Assembly (NCBI GenBank): GCA_938030895.1
Contig: CALHIV010000006.1
Location: forward strand, 56,722-88,721
Direction of reading: 5' to 3'
DNA from: an uncultured Nitrososphaerales archaeon
GTDB lineage: Archaea; Thermoproteota; Nitrososphaeria; Nitrososphaerales; Nitrosocaldaceae
Length of the DNA stretch: 32,000 nt
In this document: positions 27,933 through 32,000 of the stretch, piece after piece
Numbering within the stretch: the stretch's first letter is position 1
How the letters are laid out: every line of letters begins with the position of its first letter
Position numbers and translations under genes: made by a program
The notes under the pieces: generated by a model
What the model saw: only the letters and a program-made list of their open reading frames with translations
Databases searched by the model: none
Told to the model about the DNA's origin: nothing

Positions 27933-28290
27933 TTACCCTTTATTTATTGCTGCCTCTACAGGGATCAATGCACCTTTACCATCCTTGCTATACTCCTTAA
28001 CATGTATACCAGGCTCTGCAGTGACGTAACCTACTCCTTGCTTTCATCATCTCTAGGCGAGAAGATGATCTTTCAACTTTTATTCTTGCTATAAAGTCCT
28101 TGTATATACCATACTTAGCGACAACATTTGTAACATCATTCCCACCAGTGTTTGTAATGATTAATGATAACCCTGTATGTGTCAGTGACATTATTATGCT
28201 TAAACGCATCGAGTGCATACTCATAAGTTGTTGTATTCATGTTTGTAAGGAATAAAGCAAACATTACTATGCAGGCAACAGGCATCACGT
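27933..28290 (-). pseudogene. Frameshifted relic of a possibly secreted or membrane protein
   Basis: Protein-like segments lie in different minus-strand frames: ALIYVMPVACIVMFALFLTNMNTTTYEYALDAFK, SLIITNTGGNDVTNVVAKYGIYKDFIARIKVER, FSPRDDESKE and VGYVTAEPGIHVKEYSKDGKGALIPVEAAINKG*. Confidence 0.5.
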
Positions 28291-28380
28291 AGATCAGTGC
28301 CATAGAATGGTTACAACAACAAGATGAGTACTCATTCCATACTTAAAAATATTGAAATATAAGGTCATACAAGGTTAGGC

Positions 28381-29427
28381 ATGCCATTCAAGGTATTCCT
28401 CAATGGCTACGGTACTATAGGGAGGAGGGTTGCTTATGCTCTAGCAAATGATGGAGAGATAGAGTTCATAGGCGTAGGAAAGTACAGTGTAGATGATAGA
28501 GTTAAAGAGGCAAGGGATCAAGGCTATAAGATATTCGTACCAGAGGCAAAGGTGGATGAGTTCAAGAGTAAGGGTTACTCGGTAGAAGGGAGCATAGTGG
28601 ATGCTATAAAGGCTAGCGACCTCATCATAGATGCATCGAAGGATGGACTAGGGTATGAGAATAAGTTGAACTACTATCTGCCATTTAACAAGGCATCTAT
28701 ATTCCAAGGTGGAGAGGATAGATACGGTGAGCATAGCGTTGCTGATATGATACATAACTCAAGGGTGAACTATGAGCAGGCCTTTGGGAGGAGGTATGTT
28801 ATACAGGGGAGTTGCAATGTAACTGGCTTGGGAAGGATAATGCAGCCATTGATAGAGCGTTATGGGAATGAGATAGTAAGGTTCGATGCCACGCTGATAA
28901 GGAGATGGGCCGATCTGGAGGATAAGAAGGAGGTGAAGGACTCTATAGAGTGGGATAGAGACCCTCACCATCAGAAGGACGTTGCAGACTTTATTAAGAG
29001 CCACCCACTCTACGTCGATGTATACAAGGTTCCTAGTAGGATGATGCACCTGCACCAGTTGTATGTTAGGTTCAAGAATGGATGCCCAAGCAAAGATTCA
29101 CTATTGGATATGTTTGAGAAGGAATGGGGTGTAGCGCTACTAAGCAATGCCAAGGGTACAGCAGATGTAAGGAAGAAGGCTCTAGAGCTAGGGTTCCCAT
29201 TTGGGGATACTTGTATGGTCCATATACATGTTGATGTATTGAAGGTACAAGGGGATACGTTGAAGATAACCTATTCAGATGATCAGACTGGGATAGTCGC
29301 GCCAGAGAACCATATGCTCATGCAGGCTATGCTCTTCAAGAGGAGTAAGAGGGAAGCGTTGGAGAGGACTGAGAGGATATTCAGGTTGAATGAGAGGAAG
29401 AAGGCTCTAGCAAGCGAATTCGGCTGA
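28381..29427 (+). CDS. gap: Archaeal type II glyceraldehyde-3-phosphate dehydrogenase
   Basis: FLNGYGTIGRRVAYAL, GSCNVTGLGR catalytic Cys region, RRWADLEDKKEVKD. Confidence 0.95.
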   Translation: MPFKVFLNGYGTIGRRVAYALANDGEIEFIGVGKYSVDDRVKEARDQGYKIFVPEAKVDEFKSKGYSVEGSIVDAIKASDLIIDASKDGLGYENKLNYYLPFNKASIFQGGEDRYGEHSVADMIHNSRVNYEQAFGRRYVIQGSCNVTGLGRIMQPLIERYGNEIVRFDATLIRRWADLEDKKEVKDSIEWDRDPHHQKDVADFIKSHPLYVDVYKVPSRMMHLHQLYVRFKNGCPSKDSLLDMFEKEWGVALLSNAKGTADVRKKALELGFPFGDTCMVHIHVDVLKVQGDTLKITYSDDQTGIVAPENHMLMQAMLFKRSKREALERTERIFRLNERKKALASEFG

Positions 29428-29440
29428 TCTCTACACTACA

Positions 29441-29503
29441 TTTTTATTATCTCAATATATGAAAAAATAAAAATAAAGAATAAAGAATAAAAATAAAAAG
29501 AAG
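29441..29503. terminator. Putative bidirectional T-rich/A-rich terminator between convergent genes
   Basis: acatttttatt downstream of gap on + strand; ctttttatttttattctttattctttatttttatttttt on - strand downstream of the PadR gene. Confidence 0.45.
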
Positions 29504-29509
29504 TGATTG

Positions 29510-30058
29510 CTACTCTATCTTTATGCTCTCTTTACCTCTATTCTCTCTACCCTGATCATATCCGTTCTTCTCTTCATGCTTACTCTCGCTCTCATCTAAC
29601 TTCTTCAGTTGGGCCATAAGGAACTCTCTATACCTCTCCCTCTCTTGCTGTGTCATCTTGTCTATGTTTGCTGCAAGCATAGATCCTAGGGAGGTTATCC
29701 TCTCCAGCAGGTCTTTTGCGATGAACATGCTTAGTGTGCTGAAGTGCATCATGACATCCAACTGCTTCCTAACTATGCCTTGAATAACATTGATATCTCC
29801 TAGAAGAGCCTTGCCCTTACCAGTTATCCTATACCTTCCATGGTCATCCTCCTCTATCAGCCCCTCTTGGAGTAGTTTACCAAGCAGTGGATAGACCAGT
29901 CCTGGAGATGGTTTCCATAGATTGTTGCTCCTCTTCGCTGCCTCCTCCATTATCTCCTTCCCTGTCATAGGTCTCTCACTCAGTAGGCTTAATACATAGT
30001 ACCTTGAGAAGCCCTTTGGTACAGCTCCACTTATCCTCTGCAGCCATTCTGATATCAT
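29510..30058 (-). CDS. PadR-family transcriptional regulator
   Basis: RYYVLSLLSERPMTGKEIMEEAAKRSNNLWKPSPGLVYPLLGKLLQEGLIEEDDHGRYRITGKG. Confidence 0.88.
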   Translation of the reverse strand: MISEWLQRISGAVPKGFSRYYVLSLLSERPMTGKEIMEEAAKRSNNLWKPSPGLVYPLLGKLLQEGLIEEDDHGRYRITGKGKALLGDINVIQGIVRKQLDVMMHFSTLSMFIAKDLLERITSLGSMLAANIDKMTQQERERYREFLMAQLKKLDESESKHEEKNGYDQGRENRGKESIKIE

Positions 30059-30152
30059 ATCGCTAGTGATATCGCATGCGATACATATAAGTGTTTTGTA
30101 ATGCTTAATCCCATAATGAAAGGTTATCTTGCTCTTCTACTCATCAATCTGT

Positions 30153-30815
30153 ATGGAAGCAAAGAGTGTAAGGATAGATGTTGGCAGTAGAGAAGGGAAA
30201 GATGGGTTCATCGAAGGGGATCTGGCTCTCTCATCGCGTAAAGAGTGTATGGTTGTATTTGCGCATGGCTCTGGCAGTTCAAGGTTCAGCCCAAGGAATA
30301 GGTTTGTAGCAGGTGTACTACACGATGCTGGGTTAAGCACGCTGCTGCTAGATCTACTAACTAGAGAGGAGGAGGAGATAGACTCTATAACTGCTAGGTA
30401 TAGGTTTGATATCGAGTTGCTAGCATCAAGGCTTGTAGATGCCGTGAGATGGCTTGAAGGGGAGTATGGGAGCAGTCTAAGGATAGGTTACTTCGGCTCA
30501 AGTACTGGTGCTGCAGCTGCACTCATAGCATATGCTAGATACCCAGATGATGTAAGGGCTATAGTCTCAAGGGGAGGAAGGGTTGATCTTGCTGCCAACT
30601 ACATTCAGAGCGTAAAGGTACCAACACTACTCATAGTTGGGGGTAAAGATACTCTAGTACTAAGGTTGAACAGAGAGGCTATGCATATCTTCCCTAGAGA
30701 TTGCATGGTTAGGCTTGAGGTTATACCAGATGCCACGCATCTATTCGAGGAGCCAAATGCGCTTGAGCAGGTAGCATATAAGGCTAGGGACTGGTTCCTT
30801 GAGCATCTCCCATGA
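30153..30815 (+). CDS. Alpha/beta hydrolase (dienelactone-hydrolase-like)
   Basis: VVFAHGSGSSRFSPRNRFVAGVLHDAGLSTLLLDLL, GYFGSSTGAAAAL nucleophile elbow, PDATHLF. Start revised to MEAKSVRIDV. Confidence 0.8.
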   Translation: MEAKSVRIDVGSREGKDGFIEGDLALSSRKECMVVFAHGSGSSRFSPRNRFVAGVLHDAGLSTLLLDLLTREEEEIDSITARYRFDIELLASRLVDAVRWLEGEYGSSLRIGYFGSSTGAAAALIAYARYPDDVRAIVSRGGRVDLAANYIQSVKVPTLLIVGGKDTLVLRLNREAMHIFPRDCMVRLEVIPDATHLFEEPNALEQVAYKARDWFLEHLP

Positions 30816-30864
30816 TAGAATGTATAGATGATGCTTTAAATAGCAGGCTACTGATGTTAGCATC

Positions 30865-31011
30865 ATGAGAGTACTCGATCCAGTCTGTGGTATAGAACTG
30901 GATGATGATCTTGCAGTTACAGCAGAGTATGAGGGGAAGGTGTACCACTTCTGCTGTGATGGGTGCAAGAAGATATTCCTTAAGAACCCAAAGAAGTACA
31001 GAAGCAGGTGA
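30865..31011 (+). CDS. YHS-domain mini protein, 48 aa; below the supplied ORF track cutoff
   Basis: Translation MRVLDPVCGIELDDDLAVTAEYEGKVYHFCCDGCKKIFLKNPKKYRSR* matches the YHS metal-binding pattern (DPVCG...YxF.C..C...F...P..Y). Confidence 0.85.
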   Translation: MRVLDPVCGIELDDDLAVTAEYEGKVYHFCCDGCKKIFLKNPKKYRSR

Positions 31012-31053
31012 GATTATGAGGAAGGTGTAGACTCTATATAGTGTCTGATAATA

Positions 31054-31587
31054 ATGAATGATATGATAGTGAACAATGTAGATCTAAGCAAGGTCTCAGC
31101 GTTAATAGAAGAAGGGAAGAAGGATAGAAGTGTATTGAGGAAGATCATCAAGCTTGAGGGCGAATGGATACTCGATGAGAGCAAGGGCTTCCAATTCAGG
31201 AGTGAGATGGCCTATGAGAAGGGTAAGCAAGTGCTGGAGATAGACAGCCCAACATGGCTTGGGGGTCAAGGCAATAGACTCGGGCCTATGGCATACTGTA
31301 TAGCAGGGTTAACATCATGCTTCATAGCAACATTCGCAAGTGTAGCAGCGAGCAAGGGTATAAGGCTCAAGAGGCTTAGGGTATCATCCAACTGCACAGT
31401 GAACTTCGCAAAGACCCTTGATGTTGCAGATGAACCAATAACAGAGAGCATAAACTTTGATGTTGATGCAGAGGCTGAGAATGCAGACAGGGCTGAACTC
31501 GAGGAGGTTCTCAGGCTAGCAAGGGAGCGTTGCCCAGCAGTGTACAGTATGGAGCATCTGATAAAGGTTAATACAGTACTAAAGTAA
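31054..31587 (+). CDS. OsmC-family protein
   Basis: GPMAYCIAGLTSCFIATFASVAASKGIRLKRLRVSSNC and C-terminal RCPAVYSMEHLIKV. Confidence 0.8.
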   Translation: MNDMIVNNVDLSKVSALIEEGKKDRSVLRKIIKLEGEWILDESKGFQFRSEMAYEKGKQVLEIDSPTWLGGQGNRLGPMAYCIAGLTSCFIATFASVAASKGIRLKRLRVSSNCTVNFAKTLDVADEPITESINFDVDAEAENADRAELEEVLRLARERCPAVYSMEHLIKVNTVLK

Positions 31588-31702
31588 CCGATCTAACTCA
31601 TACCATAATTATCTTCTTTTCTTTTACTTCATATCTCTGGGGTTTGTCAGCAGTTCTTAGATAGCTAACTTTATATATCATCTCTTACCATTTATTTACA
31701 TA

Positions 31703-31861
31703 ATGACAGAGAGGTTGCTGACGCTTAACGAGGCTTGTAAAAGGCTGGGTATTCATCCAAACACACTTAGGAAGTGGGATAGGCAAGGGAAGATACGTGT
31801 TATTAGAACTGTTGTGACAGAATGGGTGGTTGAAGGTGTCAAGCAACTTGTTGTTAACTGA
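31703..31861 (+). pseudogene. Internally deleted IS607-type TnpA: MerR-like HTH joined to the C-terminal tail
   Basis: 52-aa ORF MTERLLTLNEACKRLGIHPNTLRKWDRQGKIRVIRTVVTEWVVEGVKQLVVN*; serine recombinase catalytic domain absent. Confidence 0.65.
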
Positions 31862-32000
31862 AACATGCAAGTTTAAACTTGAACCTAGTGAAGAGCAAAA
31901 GGCATTACTGAAGGAGCTCTTCGAAGCATATAAGTGCATGGTTAAAGAGTGTCTAGATAAAGCTGTAAAGGCGAATATAACCTCTAGGAAGAGATTGCAT
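31848..32000 (+). CDS. tnpB: TnpB (IS607/IS605 OrfB) N-terminal fragment, probable TTG start, truncated by window edge; not in ORF track
   Basis: Frame from 31848 reads (M)LLTETCKFKLEPSEEQKALLKELFEAYKCMVKECLDKAVKANITSRKRLH, open to 32000. FKLEPSEEQKALL is the usual TnpB N-terminal pattern. Confidence 0.7.
   Translation, partial: MLLTETCKFKLEPSEEQKALLKELFEAYKCMVKECLDKAVKANITSRKRLH

Larger units (their letters stand above)
31703..32000 (+). mobile_element. Left part of an IS607-like element (tnpA remnant plus tnpB), continues past window edge
   Basis: tnpA-type HTH ORF immediately overlapped by a tnpB-type N-terminus. Confidence 0.7.

Noticed and set aside
31685-31939. 84-aa minus ORF at the right edge
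   Set aside because: Antisense to the IS607-type tnpA remnant and tnpB start, whose plus-strand translations match known protein patterns.

Overview
This looks like a chromosomal window from a Thaumarchaeota/Nitrososphaerota-type archaeon. The lineage call is inferred from an unsplit ~1277-aa RNA polymerase subunit A, archaeal operon order, a PEFG-CTERM-like surface protein and a crotonase of the type used in the 3-hydroxypropionate/4-hydroxybutyrate cycle; it could be Nitrosocaldus-like. Most of the window is conserved housekeeping. The minus strand carries L18-S5-L30-L15-SecY-Adk-DUF106-cytidylate kinase and RpoH-RpoB-RpoA-L30e-DUF131. Other genes include purD, glutamate dehydrogenase, type II GAPDH, an IscA-like protein, PrxQ/Bcp, SIMPL, OsmC, YHS and PadR proteins, a cobalamin-type radical SAM protein, and a stand-alone asparagine-synthase domain with a zinc ribbon. 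I see no convincing rRNA, tRNA or CRISPR. The best accessory signals are: (1) an IS607-like element entering at the right edge, whose TnpA appears internally deleted to a 52-aa HTH plus C-terminal tail, followed by an overlapping TnpB start; (2) a degraded TnpB C-terminal zinc-finger relic at about 10.08-10.27 kb, followed by GC-rich hairpins that could be an omegaRNA/right-end remnant; (3) a frameshifted protein-like relic at about 27.93-28.29 kb; (4) several short unexplained direct repeats. Nothing here proves a new system. The two TnpB-related loci are the most worthwhile to follow up.
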